From Octopus vulgaris (Eukaryota), in the NCBI GenBank assembly GCA_951406725.2, contig OX597835.1, positions 1,178,001 through 1,242,000 of the forward strand: DNA of 64,000 nt, written 5' to 3'. Positions within the stretch are counted from its first letter, which is position 1. Each line of letters begins with the position of its first letter. Of the stretch, positions 1 through 13,186 are shown in pieces. The notes beneath the pieces were generated by a model. It worked only from the letters and a program-made list of their open reading frames with translations. It had not been told where the DNA came from and did no database searches. The translations under genes and the position numbers were made by a program.

Positions 1-1289
1 GAAAATTTAATGTCGTGGCCATAACAAAGTCTGAGAAAGCAAAGCAGCAGCAATTAAGATATGATGTGGTTATCGAAAAATGTGATTATTATATTGTTAT
101 TGTAAGAGCCTTGAGTATTATAAGTGCCAAACTCATAAACTGGAGCTTTTGAAGAAAACACTTTTGCTTGGAACTGCATGAATCTTCAAGAGATCTGAAA
201 TCTGAATGTGCATATTTTGCTTTATGAGTTCAATAAAGGCAACAATGCAACAGAAAGTGCGAGGAGTATTAATACAGTCTTTGGGGATCAGACAATGAGC
301 ATAAGCCAGTGTCAATGGTGGTTCCAGAAATTCTGAGCCGGAAACTAGAGTCTAGAAGACAAGCCTCATCCTGGAAGATCTGTAGAGCTCGACGACAACA
401 TCCTGCAAACCCTGGTAGAACTAAATGCTATCATAACTGTTGAGGAACTAGCAGAGAAGCTTGAATTTGGTCATTCAATTATTCATTGAGACCTGCGTGC
501 CATAAAAAAAGTCAGCAAATTGGGTCAATGGGTTCTTCATAAACATTCCAAGTTTAATCGAGCACAGAAAGTGAATGTGTAATTTTCTTTGCTGCCATGT
601 CTCACGATTGAACCTTTTTGGACTGAATAATGACTGGTGACAAGAAATGGATTCTTTATAAAAGTATCAAGTGCTGAATACAGTAGTTAGGGAAAGGAGA
701 AACACCAGTACCCCAGGCTCAAGAAGGTCTTCACTCATGTATGAGTGTTGTTAATCTGTTTGGTGGGCTACGAAAGGTTTAGTCCACTTTGAACTTTTAA
801 ATCCAAACCAAATGATAACAAAGGAGATCTACTGTGAGCAGCTTGAGCGGCCTAAGTCAGCGCCAGAAGAAAATTGAGCATCTTTGGTTCCAAGACGAAA
901 GGTGTTCTTCCATCAGGATAATGCTCAGCTACATATAGCAAGGATAACATTCCAAAGGCTGGAGCAGTTTGAATGGGAAACGATGCCCCACCCACCATAT
1001 TCACCAGACATTGCCCCATCTGATTACCATTTATGCTGCAGTCTTCAAAATCATACAGATGGAAAAAATATGAATTCTGTAGACGAGGTCAGAGCAGTAT
1101 TGGAGGAGTATTTTTCATCAAGGACAAGTGAATCTTGGAAGAGGAGCCTTGCAAGTCTACCAGATAGATGGAAGAGCATTGTAGAAAATGAAGGAGAGTA
1201 TATTTTAGATTAAGAAAGAACTTTATCTTAATTTTGAAAAATAAAAGAAGCATAAAAAAAAACTGCATTATTTATGGGATGACCCAATA
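1..1289 (+). mobile_element. Decayed mariner (DD34D) DNA transposon, left end outside window
   Basis: Broken transposase frame about 205-1213: HILLYEFNKG..., WVLH (WVPH motif), MTGDKKW, FHQDNA, HPPYSPDIAPSDY, with in-frame stops and frameshifts. Right TIR-like end GCATTATTTATGGGATGACCCAA followed by TA. Confidence 0.9.
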
Positions 1290-1439
1290 TAAGAACCTGA
1301 TCACTGATCTGCATTCAATTGCGTCCATTATAATCAAAAGTGGGTCAGGGGAAATCTTTAATGACCATCCCTCGTAAGTACTGCAAAGTATGCCACTCTG
1401 TTAATTCTGCTAATCCATCAAAATTATTTATAACAATGA

Positions 1440-1880
1440 TAATAATACTTTCCAGTTTTGGCACAAAGCCAGCAATTTGTGATGAGGGGGAGATGAGTCG
1501 ATACCATAGACACCCAAAATTTGATTGCTACTTTGTTTCATTGACCTCAAAAGAATGAAATGCAAATCTAACTTCAGCAGGATTTGAACTCAGACTGTAA
1601 AGAATCATAAAAAAAAAATACTGCAAAGCATTTATTGCAATGCTCTAACGATTCTGCTTGCTCACTGCCCTAATAATGGTTTCTGATTTAGATACAAAAC
1701 CAGCTGTTTTGAGGGGATGGGGTTAGTCAACACAATTGACCTCAGTACTTGGCTGATACTTTATTTTATTCACCTGAAAGGAGGAAAGGCAAAGTTAACC
1801 TTGGTGGGAACGGTACTCAGAAGGGTAAAGTACCAGAAGAAATATCTCAATGTATTTTATTAAATGTTCTAAAGATTCTT
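1440..1880 (-). mobile_element. Two decayed tandem copies of SINE family 2
   Basis: Reverse-complement matches to the 8785-9020 element (GAATGAAA.GCAAA, GATTTGAACTCAG, CTCGCTGCC-like end). Confidence 0.65.
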
Positions 1881-3594
1881 CCATGACTAAACTGACCTTG
1901 GCTGAATTTGGACCCAGAATGGGAAGAAATAGAACAGATGATGTGCAACATTTTGTCTAATTAGTCTAAAAATTCAACCATAGGGATATCTAAGATTGTT
2001 ATAAGGTCACTAATAGTGGGGAAGAGGGTGGTCAATTACATCAACCCCAGTATAGTCCGGTACTTTATTTAATCATCCCACTCTGTAAGGATGGAAGCCA
2101 GTGTGTGTGTGTGTGTGTGTGTGTTATACACATCCATATTTAGATTTCATATCAATTGGTCGTTACTGACAATACTCCAACATAGTCTTAAATGTGATGT
2201 TTAAAAAAGATGTGTGTGTGTGTGTGTGTGTGTTTAAGCATATATTTCCTCCTCTTTCATTGTTCCACCATTAACACAATTATCACAGAGAGAGTCCATC
2301 CAATCCAGTCCAACAAGAAACAGTGGTTTTTTCAATTAGTTTAATTGTTGCCTCCTCCCTCTTTCTGTCACCATTTCTAAAACACTGCAATCCTCATTCT
2401 GCTTTCTCTTTCTCCTCCCCCCCTCTGATTCCCTTCTTACTCTGTCTTTCTTTCTCTGGATTGGTGATTTTCTGTGCCCCTTGTTACTATCATCATTGTC
2501 ATCATAGCTTTGCTACAACCATCAACATCATCTTATCATAATCTGCATCATCATCATCATCATCACCACCACCAACAATCATCATCATCATCATCATCAA
2601 CACGGTCCTTATCAGTAACAGCGTAACTGGCCTACATTTGTATATATAATCGTAAATGATATCGTTAATTAATCTTCTGGTCACTGTAACCAGGTGAAGG
2701 TTACAACAGTATTGAGATCAGATGAAATCCAATCAGATTAGGATTTCATTTAGCAGGGCTTCACCTCATCTCACCTTGCTCTCTCTCTCTTCACTTAGAT
2801 TCTGCTACCTCCTGCTTCACCTTCCAACAGCATTCTCTCCTGCAACTGTTATTTTTTTAAAATCCAGGTCAGTCCTGATTGAAATCTATGTAAATCCATT
2901 TGCCACTAGGCGGACATTCAAATATGCCTCCTAAAACCAATTGAAAAGTGCTGTTGTCATGTAACTGTCGGCCAACCAGTTATATGTAGATGTAGTCAAG
3001 CACACAGCTAGTTGGCAACCCACAGATCTTTTGCTATTGCTACCCAAGGACTATTGCATATTCTGACATATGGTGGTTAATTGAAGACAGCAGAAGGATG
3101 AGGGCAATCTATATCATGAAAATGGTTGAATAAACTGAAGTCATATCATATTGTAATAGATATTTGTTAAGTCCCAGGTCAACCTCAGTTGGGTAGTCTT
3201 ATGGTTAGTCATTCCAACCATGACCATCTTATATTTTATTCAGTGTATCTAAGAATACATTATCCAATGTTTCACACAGTATTTTTGTTCTTGCTTTTTT
3301 TGTTTAGATTTTGGGGGTTTTTTTATCTGTAGAGTGTGATTTGAGGGAAATTTGGCTGTTATTTCTAGCCACTTGAGTGACCAGTTAAAGATTCCCCTAC
3401 CGGCTTGTAACAGCTGATCTCAGTCTGTTGTGTGTTATTGAGAAGACAATTTAGAGACCACAGTAGCAACAACAACAGATAATGCTTTGTATTCTAGGCT
3501 GATTAACCTAATTAACTTTGTTTGAGATCTGTTCTAGGAGGGATAGATTTTTGCATCAAAAGATTATTTGTGTGTGTGTGTGTGTATGCACATC

Positions 3595-3800
3595 ATCATC
3601 ATCGTCGTCATTTGACATCTACCTTCCATGCTGGCAAGGGTTGGAGGGTTTGACAGGAGCTGGTAAGCCAGAGAGGACTGTGCCAAGCTCTGCTGTTTAT
3701 TTTTGGCCTGGTTTCTATGGCTGGATGCCCGTCTTAACGCTGACCCCTTTATAGAGTGGACTGGGTGCTTTTTACATGGCACCAGCACTAGCAAGGTCGC
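3595..3800 (-). mobile_element. Decayed RTE-tailed SINE (family 4) fragment
   Basis: (CAT)n tail, TTCCATGCTGGC..GGGTTGG, GGTGCTTTTTACATGGCACC, as in 4313-4822. Confidence 0.65.
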
Positions 3801-4312
3801 TAAGGAACTTGCAAGACAAAAATCCCTTAACTGTGAAGGGGAGCTTTGTACCGGGAGATGAGGGGTTAGTGTATGACAGAGGGATAGAAACAGGTATCAT
3901 ACTATACAGGTAGATACATGGTTATCCTTGTCAGAGTGGGAGAGTGGAAAAGGTAGAGGTGATGCGCCAGGGCAAACTCTCAAAGTACGAATATAAATGG
4001 AATTGTAGAGGATTGCCATGGGTGCATGAATTGGGAGTTCACAAAAGTGCAAAAGTGGGAGAGGGGAGGGAATGCAGTGAGTGGTGAAACATGGGTATGT
4101 GACAGGAGCACAGGGCAGCAATAAGGCCCTTTCTAATACCAACCCCTGTAAAGTGGTTGTGGGTTGGGTGCTTTTATGTGGCACTGTATGAATGCTCTGC
4201 ACAGGGCTTTTTGACATAGCCCCAGCACAGGACTGTTGCAGGCGAATCTCCTTAGTTAATGCTCAGCTGGTACTTGTTTAGTATTGATAATTGCTTGAAT
4301 ACATTGGGGTAG

Positions 4313-4822
4313 TCATCATCATCATCATTGTTTAACGTCTGCTTTCCATGCTAGCATGAGTTGGACGATTTGACTGAGGGCTGGCGAACCAGATGGCTGC
4401 ACCAGGCTCCAATCTGATCTGGTAGAGTTTCTACAGCTTCATGCCCTTCCTAATGCCAACCACTCCAAGAGTGTAGTGGGTGCTTTTATGTGCCACCGGC
4501 ATGAGGGCCAGTCAGGCAGTACTGGCAATGACTTCGCTCGAATCTTTTTACACATGCCAACAGCACAGGTGCCAGTAAGGTGATGCTGGTAATGATCCCG
4601 CTCAAATGGTGCCTCCTACGTGCCACCAGCACAGAATCCATTTATCCGCTCTGGCAACGATCACGCTAGGATGGTGCTCTTAGCATCCTACTAGCACGGG
4701 GCACAAGTGCCAGTAAGGCGAAGTTGGTAACGATCACACTCAAATGGTGCCTTTTATGTGCCACTGGCCCAGAAGCCGGTTAGCCACTCTCTCAACGATC
4801 ACGCTCGTATGGTGCTTGTGCC
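4313..4822 (-). mobile_element. RTE-tailed SINE (family 4) with internal ~62-70 bp tandem units
   Basis: (CAT)n tail plus AACGTCTGCTTTCCATGCTAGCATG. About six units with GGTGC.TTT.ACGTGCCACC.GCAC. Reverse complement of 30410-30870. Confidence 0.85.
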
Positions 4823-4849
4823 CATTAAACATAACTAATTCAGGAACTT

Positions 4850-5270
4850 TTTGAGCGTTGCCATCACCTCAGCTTGATTGTTTGAACCCTAGTTGGCTTT
4901 CATCTTTTTAACTCTATCTCATAGACTTTCTATAGGGTTCAGGTCAGGTGAATGAATTATTTGGCACATTGATGTGAGGATTAGTAAACCAAGTAGTGGT
5001 TGGTTTGACATTCTGTGCAGGCGTTGAATCCTCTTAAAATGGGAATTCAGCAGCATGAAACAGCTTGTTGGTTGATTGAAGCATTAAAGTGCTTCAAGAG
5101 ATTTTGATAATGATTGTGATTGTGATTCAGATTAAACACAGTGGTCCAGCACATGCGTATGACATTGCACCCAAACTGTCACTGACCGGAACTTCCAATC
5201 GCTGAGGTTGAAGAGTTTGGAGGAGGGCTGGAGAGGCACAGGACTAGGATTTTTGTACATCTGGGGCGAC
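4850..5270 (-). mobile_element. Tc1-like transposase remnant
   Basis: GGTTCAGGTCAGGTGAATG reads HSPDLNP on the minus strand; a degraded FQQD..P motif lies upstream. Confidence 0.55.
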
Positions 5271-5460
5271 ATTATTCAGTGCCTCACACACATCACTTTT
5301 TAGATGGTAGTCTGTAATCTGAGAGAGATTTGGCTACAGTTCTTTTTTCTTTTTTTCATATTAAGCAAAACATTCTCTTCTTGGTTTGACCCTGGTTGGT
5401 TCTGACGAAAATATACTCGTCTTTCTGTATCCTCAACTTTTAAATGGTTACATTCCTATT

Positions 5461-5853
5461 ACTCTTTTACTTGTTTCAGTCATTTGACTGTGGCCATGCT
5501 GGAGCACTGCCATTAGTTGAGCAAATCGACCCCAGGACTTATTCTTTGTAAGCCTAGTACTTATTCTATCGGTCTCTTTTGCCGAAACACTAAGTTACGG
5601 GGACGTAAACACACCAGCATCAGTTGTCAAGCGATGTGGGGGGGACAAACACAGACACATAAACACACACACACATATACATATATATATGATGGGCTTC
5701 TTTCAGTTTCCGTCTACCAAATCCACTCACAAGGCTTTGGTCGGCCTGAAGCTATAGTGGAAGACACATGTACTAGGTGCCACGCAGTGGGAATGAACCC
5801 AAAACCATGTGGTTGGTAAGCAAGCTACTTACCACACAGCCACTCCTGCACCT
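5461..5853 (-). mobile_element. tRNA-head SINE family 1, full length
   Basis: Near-identical to 9690-10090, 54030-54460 and 59032-59465, with A/B-box-like head and internal (TA)/(CA) tract. Confidence 0.9.
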
Positions 5854-6647
5854 ATATTGTATATTGTTTCATAATATTGTGTACAATTTTTTCTTCTTAG
5901 GTCAGTAAGTGTTATTTCCTATTTGCTTCTGTGTAGAAGTCAAAGGAAACGGCTACTATTCCCTTCAAACTTTGACCTGGACCTATTTTCCATTGCATTT
6001 CAGACAGATTCAGCACTGAGTTGCTGAAGCAGGAATATCGTTATAGCAAATATTCTGTTCAAAACCACAGATTTGCTTGTCAGTTGCTTGACCTTAACCA
6101 CTTGAACATGTCCCTTGGTGGCTGACAATATGTGCATCTCTGATTATGTACAGGAGTAGTGGGGGGGGGGGCATCATAACAATGTGTTAAGATTGGATTT
6201 TCTGGGATTTGAATAAATGTAAGAAAAGCAAAGTTTGAAAGAAATATTAGTCATTTTTCCATACTTTCGATGGATAAGCAAACAGGAAATACCAGTTGCT
6301 CCCCAAGGACAATAATCTGTTACATTTTCTGTAATAGAAGCCAGACGTATACAAGTTGACCAACCTTATTCAATAATTAGATTTTTTTTTCTATACTTAT
6401 TTGGTTGCAAATTCATAAATGAAGAATATTCTTTCTTTCTTTCTCTCTTTCTTTCTTTCTTTTGCCAATTCTTTCAAAGTCTTCTTCAGATCCCCTATAA
6501 TTAGCCGCATCATCTCATCCTCTTTATTAATTTAACTTGTAAACAACCATCAGCTTTATTACAATGCTCACTGCCATCATACTTATATATTTTCTCTTTA
6601 AAACTTTGAATTCCGAGTAATTTCATCACTGCTTACTTATATTAATA

Positions 6648-6651
<4 letters not shown>

Positions 6652-6732
<81 letters not shown>
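6652..6732. repeat. (CT)n microsatellite
   Basis: About 40 perfect CT units. Confidence 0.97.
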
Positions 6733-6735
<3 letters not shown>

Positions 6736-8784
6736 TCATTTCTCCTTCCCTCCCTTCTTCCCCTCTCTATCGAAGTATTTCCAATCCTCCATATTTCTCT
6801 TCCCAACTCTATCTTTATATCCATTTGGTGTATCCCTCCCTATCTTGCTCTCTCTCCCTTTCTCTCTGTTTCCATGTCTCTCGAATAATACGGTCTGCCT
6901 GCCTATAGATCTTATTCATTTTTTACTTCTCTCTTTCTTCCTCCCCCTCTGTGTGTGTATATATATACACACACACACACACGCTATTCTTTTTTATTTT
7001 CTTCACTTTCTTTTCTTTCTCTCACTCTTATGCTCTCTCTCTCTCTCTCTCCGAATGCTGTATTTTTGCTCCTTTTACAGTTCCTCAGTTGTGTTGTTAA
7101 TAAAGTCAATAGAGGAATATAGATCTGATCGATTAGCTCAGTCCCCCACCCACACACACAAATACCCACCTACCCAATGAAAAGATGGAGTTAAACCGTA
7201 ATGTCGTTCGTTGTTCTCCACTGAGCTTTTGCTGCTGCTACTCCCACCACCACCACCACCACTACTGACTCTGCTACCATCTCAACTGATTAACTGAAAA
7301 TGCCTCCCTTTCATGTAACATGTGGCTCCTCTTGGAACTGACTCCACTTGGTGTGTGCATGCAATGCATTGGTGTCAATATGCCGTTGGGGATGAAAGTG
7401 TATGCGTGTGTGTATGTGTGTGTGTAATATGTTAATGGTGATGGTGATGATGATGATGTGCGTGTGTGTCTGAGTATAACAGTGATATCGGTAATGATGG
7501 TGTTGATGGCGACACAAATGCAAACATATAATCAGTGGTTGTGTGTGTGTATCTGCCTGTCTGTCTGTCTATCTATCTATCTGTCTGTCTGCCTGTCTGT
7601 CTGCCAGTCTGTCTGTCTAATAACAAAGGCAAGCTATTCACAATACAAAGCCAAAAAGGAAAAATTCATTTGCCACTAATTGTGACTGATGGTGCAGGGT
7701 AGCACCTACATTGCTAGAAATAAGAGTTTAAAACCCCCTCAGAGCCACAAGGAAGCACATATTCATACACTGACAGGGGAGGTAACCACCCCACAGCAAG
7801 CGAGATCACTATACTCATCTCGTTTTGCTTAAAATTAAATCTCATCTGTAGTGACCATCACTGGATGGTTTGGCTAGATCCTGCCGATCAGTATTGAGTA
7901 TTTACCAGATGGATCAATGGCTCGTCCAGCAACAGACCCTCGCTGTTTTCATTCTGTTCCATCCACATTTATGTTATGAATTTTTTTTTTTTTTTGGTGG
8001 TTCATTTTAAGACTGTTGGCAATGACCATATAAGGAAGACAGAATAAATAAAATAAGCAAAAACATGTCATCCATTGTTTGTCACTAATGAAGAATATAT
8101 TACATATGTTTGCATTGGAGACCAAGAGAGATTGATATGGTTGTTATCTCTTGTTAGAGAAACATGGCCAATGATTTATTAGGGGAGTATCTGACTTGTA
8201 TGTCAATAAAGGTGATAGGGTACTCTATAAACATTACACCTTACAATTTTTTTTATTGTAGTTAGAATAATGGAAAGCCTTCACAGTGTTTCCCTTACTC
8301 AAGATTCTGGCACAACTAATGTTCATTTTGAGGGCTTCAAGGAAAACCCAAGCAAAGTTCTCAGAAGGAAAAACTGGTTAGAGTGGTTAGTGAAGGGAAT
8401 AAATGGGTGGGGCACACAATATGAATAATAAAACGAGAGGGTCACAAGTGCTTGAGCAGGTGTGGCATGAGACTAACCAAAAAGAGTTGAGGCAACTGTG
8501 CCAGTTGCAGAGAATGAAGAGAGAAGAGAAAGGACAGAGATGATGTTGTTGTCAAATTGTCATCATTATTAAAATCCTTTATAGTTTATCTTAGGCTATT
8601 CCCAGTCAGGTCCGTCACCCATTGGCAATTTTGTTTCTGTATCAGTGTCTTTTACTGGTTGTTTAGCATTTTTAATATTATCTGTTTTCAGTTTCTCCAC
8701 ATCTGTTTTGATTATATTGAGCCAGATCTACTTTTGGTGTTATTTTGTGTGTTTTTGGTGCCTATGTAGTAACAATATGATATA

Positions 8785-9020
8785 TGCGAGCTAGCAGAAA
8801 CGTTAGCATGCTGGACGAAATGCTTAATGGTATTTCGTCTGCCATTACGTTCTGAGTTCAAATTCCGCCGAGGTCGACTTTGCCTTTCATCCTTTCGGGG
8901 TTGATAAATTAAGTACCAGTTACATACCGGGGTCGATGTAATTGACTTAATACCTCTGTCTGACCTTGTTTGTTTGTCCCCTTTATGTTTAGTCCCTTGT
9001 GGGCAATAAAGAAATAAGAT
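8785..9020 (+). mobile_element. tRNA-head SINE family 2
   Basis: GAGCTAGCAGAAACGTTAGC head, GAGTTCAAATTC B-box, core TTTGCCTTTCATCCTTTCGGGG..GATAAATTAAGTACCAG; many copies in window. Confidence 0.85.
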
Positions 9021-9689
9021 GATATATGTATTTGAGCATTCTTTTTTCCTGGAACATATGGCAACCCTCAGTGAACAGTACAAATGCAGATTGCACCAGC
9101 TGAATGCATGGAACTAATCTAAAAGAGGAGTAACTATGAATAAAAAAAAATAAAACTGGTCAATGTGGACTTTTTAATTTTTACCATTCCCAACTTCTCA
9201 AAAGCCAGTATCACAATAGAATATTGTGTAAAGTGGTTGATGATATAAAGGGCAGCCATTTCTAAGAATTATGGTCCCTTACTCCACAATAACGAAGATG
9301 GTTAATTTTCACCATTGCCGTTAACCCATCCAACCCATTCCTAAGTCATTGCTACTTCATTGGTCAAATATCAGCTCTTTAAAGCATTTGATTATGCATT
9401 CAAAAGGGTTGGGAGTTGAAGGGAGGAAGCATAATTTCATATTTTGAAAAGGATGCAAGTGAGAAACTAGATGAAAATTCTTTGGTAAAATTTATCAAAG
9501 AAAGAAAGAATCCTAGTGAAATCTCTTTTTATAAACTGCACAACAACCATAACAGTCCAATTGATGAATAATAATCATGTTAAAGCTCTTATCAATATTT
9601 TAATATTCGTCCATTTGAAATATAAAACTTACCATAAATATATACATAAATAAGTGAAATTTATATATATAAATATATACATATTTTAT

Positions 9690-9853
9690 GCGCAGGAGTG
9701 GCTGTATGGTAAGTAGCTTGCTTACCAACCACATGGTTCTGGGTTCAGTTCCACTGCGTGGCACCTTGGGCAAGTGTCTTCTACTGTAACCTCGGGCCGA
9801 ACAAAGCCTTGCGAGTGGATTTGGTAGACGGAAACTGAAAGAAGCCCGTTGTA

Positions 9854-9884
<31 letters not shown>

Positions 9885-10090
9885 TTGCATGTGTGTTTGT
9901 GTGTCTGTGTTTGTCTCCCCCACCACCACCACCACCACCACCAACACCACTTGACAATCAATGCTGGTGTGTTTATGTCCCCATAACTTAGCTGTTTGGC
10001 AAAAGAGACCGATAGAATAAATACTAGGCTTACAAAGAATAAGTCCTGGGGTTAATTTGCTCGACTAAATGACTGAAACAAGTAAAAGAG
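9690..10090 (+). mobile_element. SINE family 1
   Basis: GCGCAGGAGTGGCTG..TGGTAAG head, GGTTCAGTTCC B-box, internal microsatellite, GACTGAAACAAGTAAAAGAG tail. Confidence 0.9.
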
Positions 10091-10494
10091 ACATAAATAA
10101 GTGAAATTATAGAAACAGTCAAACTGAAAATTTAATTAGCTTTAATGAGACATTTGCAATATTCAATAAGTTCATTTAGATGTACATACATGCACTGAAA
10201 AAAATAACCCACAACAACAGATATAAATCAACTTTTAATTAGTATTTTCAATAAATATAATTAATTCAAGCAACTGTACCAATTTCCCATAGAGAAATAG
10301 GTCTTGCATCCACTGAAAAGGAATCGATATTTTTATCGATCCATCAGCTGAGGCAAAGTTGTTAGAGCCAGGAATAAGAATGGCTTGCAACATTTAATCC
10401 ATCCTGTGCCTGAGTCTAAATTCTACAGGGGTCAGCTTTTGCACTTTATCTTTACAGGCTTTATAAATAAAAGGGATCAACCTCAGTGCAAGCC

Positions 10495-10772
10495 TCGTAC
10501 TTATTCTATTAGTCTCTTTTGCCAAACCGCTAAATACAAGGCGTAAACACACCAATACCAGTTGTCACGTGATACTGGAGGACAAATGCAGACACATAGA
10601 TATATATGCGACAGGCTTCTTTCAGTTTCCATCTAATAAATCCACTCAGAAGGCTTTGGTTGGCCCAAGAATATAGTAGAAGATACTTGCCCAAAGTGCC
10701 ACACAGTGGAACTGAACCTGTAACCATGTGGTTGGGAAGCGAGCTTCTTACTACACAGCCACACTTGCACCC
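10495..10772 (-). mobile_element. SINE family 1, 3'-truncated
   Basis: Reverse complement of the 5' two-thirds of 9690-10090. Confidence 0.85.
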
Positions 10773-11744
10773 ATTTGTGGGATCTATTGTACATTAGATA
10801 AGATGCATCACCTGTGGTAATGACTGGTTTTCAACAACTGCTGCTACGTTTAAATTTCTGCATGTAGCTTTTACTGATTCGAAGGAACCTTTACATAGTC
10901 GCCTAACCTGCTTTAAATAGCATTGGAATGCCCCAAAATGACCCCCACTACTGATGTTTAAAATGTTATAAACTGATGTGGTTGGAATGTCTTTGACCAT
11001 AGGCCAACTCAGTTAGTGCTGTGACCAAGAGGTTTACTTAATTAGTGCTGATAACAAGTACTGCTGATTTAATATATTTAGTGATAAGTTAAATCACTCA
11101 ATGGGTCAGCACAGTATCTGTGAAACCCTGATATAACTAAATTATGTTAACTTGGGAAGAATTCAATCCAGGCCTGTAAGTCTTCAAAATACTCTTCAAT
11201 GTAGGATTCGACAATTCTCTTGTTTGGTTGTAGGCACAATCGGTCCTGTTTTTTTGTTTATATTTCTGCCTAAGTTGACTGGTTTGCTGTTCATTATCAA
11301 TTGTCTCATATACAGTGCAATTCTAGTAACATCAAACAGACTTGGAATTCTTTGTTTCTAAGCTCATCTGACATCCTTCCAATTCATCCACCATAACTTA
11401 CTTGATGTCTGTTTAGTTAAAAAAAAAAAAAAACAGATATCATAGCTTTAGAATCGTAATGAATTCCAAATCAAGAGGACACTTGGCAACCAAAGACTCG
11501 ACTTCGTACTTTTGTGTAAGATATCCTCAAGATATCACACTGATGTTATTTGATATTGTTCTAGGGAACATTTCATTTTAAATCTTTTCTTCTTTAATGG
11601 TGGTGGGGGTGGGGGTGTCTTAATTCTTAGAACTGAATACAAAATTACTTAGATTTGGATGTAGAATCTGTAGAACAACTTATTGAATCATTTATTTATG
11701 ATCAGAACTGTGAAACCTAAAATTAAAAAAAAATTCTGGAAAAT

Positions 11745-11960
11745 AATTCTTTCTACTACATGTACAAGGCCTAAATATTTTGAAGTAGGTTCTAATTGAT
11801 TACATTGACCCCAATTTTCAACCGGTACTTATTTTATCAACCCCCAAAAGATGAAAGGCAATGTCAGCCTTGGCAGAATTTGAACTCAGAACATAAATCT
11901 AGAAGAAATGCTGTGAAGCATTTCGTCTTGTGCGCTTATGATTCTGCAAGTTCACTGCCT
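11745..11960 (-). mobile_element. SINE family 2
   Basis: GATGAAAGGCAA..., GAATTTGAACTCAGAAC, TTCACTGCCTT end. Confidence 0.75.
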
Positions 11961-12760
11961 TATGCAAAAGGATGAGGATGAAGAGAAATATCAATTACAT
12001 TAGGCAAATTTTCATTATTTCCCATCCAATAGATGAGATGTTGTGTATTAATATTGGCCAATCCACTTCCATTATTGACCTTAATCCATGGCAAGGTCGG
12101 TAACTTCATTAAATCTTGCATTACATTTGCTGGAACTTTATTATCTTCACAAACCAACAAGGGAACCAGTCTGTGATCATTCAGCCTGGAGAAGTAACAA
12201 TCAAATTCCCGCATTGCATCCTACCGTTTTAAAGAGAAACTGAGATGGTCACAACTAGAATGCCTCCGGTCATAAGGTCTCTTCAGTCAAGGCTGACCTT
12301 GAGCTAAACAACAACAATATCAACAATAACTGAACATTCAATTATAAAATGGGTTTTCACAAGCCCACTTTCAACCTTAGATACAAGAGATAGATACAAG
12401 GTTCAAATCCCATCATTGATCATATTTCTCTTGTCTCTCTTACACAAAATTCTTACAATGTTTGGTATCCTGTTAAATCTGTGACTGATGGGAAATACCC
12501 AGGCCCACTTTTTGCATGACTCTAGGAAAATTTTTCAAGGACACCTTCTGCATGAAAAATGCTTATTTAAGCCAGTTCTAACATATTCAATGTGTTTCTT
12601 TTTCTTTTGCAACTGTTTTATATCTTAATTCCAGATTGGTCCTTGTAATATCTGAATCCCTTTGAATCTATGTTTCTGTTTATTTCCATCCTGATTCTTT
12701 TCCATGTGTCTCGTGTGGTAACTAGTATCCTATTAAATGCCTGCTTTTATTTATTTGCAG

Positions 12761-13186
12761 ATGACAAACAACACTACTGCTCTCTTCCCTGAAGCAATCC
12801 CTTCAAACATTTCTAGTGTCCCCCTTACTATGTTCGTTAGCACAGTGGCAGCAGCAGCAGCAAAGACAAATACCACAACCTCCACCACAACAGCAGCAGC
12901 AGCAGCAGCAACCACAACGACCACAACAGCAGCAGCATCAGCAACAACAACAATAGCAGCAGCAGTAGCAGTAGCTGCCGCATCATCCGTACCAGCTGTG
13001 TTATCAAACTTCAATGCAACAACAACAAATATTACCCCAGAAAGAATGAGCACGCCAGATTCCCTTATAAGCAACACCACCGACAATGTCACTCGGTTAC
13101 AGCCATTAATCTTTCTCCAGACAACTGCTGCTCAAGGAATCGCAGGCACGTTTGCCTTTGCATCTATTTTAATTACTGTCTATCAG
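12761..13186 (+). CDS. TMEM184B: TMEM184B-like (OST-alpha family 7-TM protein), coding exon 1
   Basis: TTATTTGCAG|ATG acceptor directly before ATG. Encodes a T/A-rich N-terminus, then IFLQTTAAQGIAGTFAFASILITVYQ. Donor CAG|GTAAGC; 426 nt, phase 0. Confidence 0.85.

Noticed and set aside
884-1213. Possible functional or domesticated transposase
   Set aside because: Upstream frame has multiple stops and frameshifts.
4480-4822. Regularly spaced repeats resembling a CRISPR array (also 30410-30720)
   Set aside because: Whole units are homologous with no unique spacers, they lie inside a dispersed SINE, the context is eukaryotic and there are no cas genes.
9690-9770. tRNA-like A/B boxes here and in other SINE heads
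   Set aside because: No full cloverleaf; they continue into SINE bodies.
12737-12760. Upstream ATG of the 152-aa ORF
   Set aside because: It lies in the pyrimidine tract before the TTGCAG acceptor; the 12761 start is preferred but unproven.
12751-13092. 113-aa minus-strand Val/Ala-rich ORF
   Set aside because: Antisense shadow of the triplet-repeat exon.
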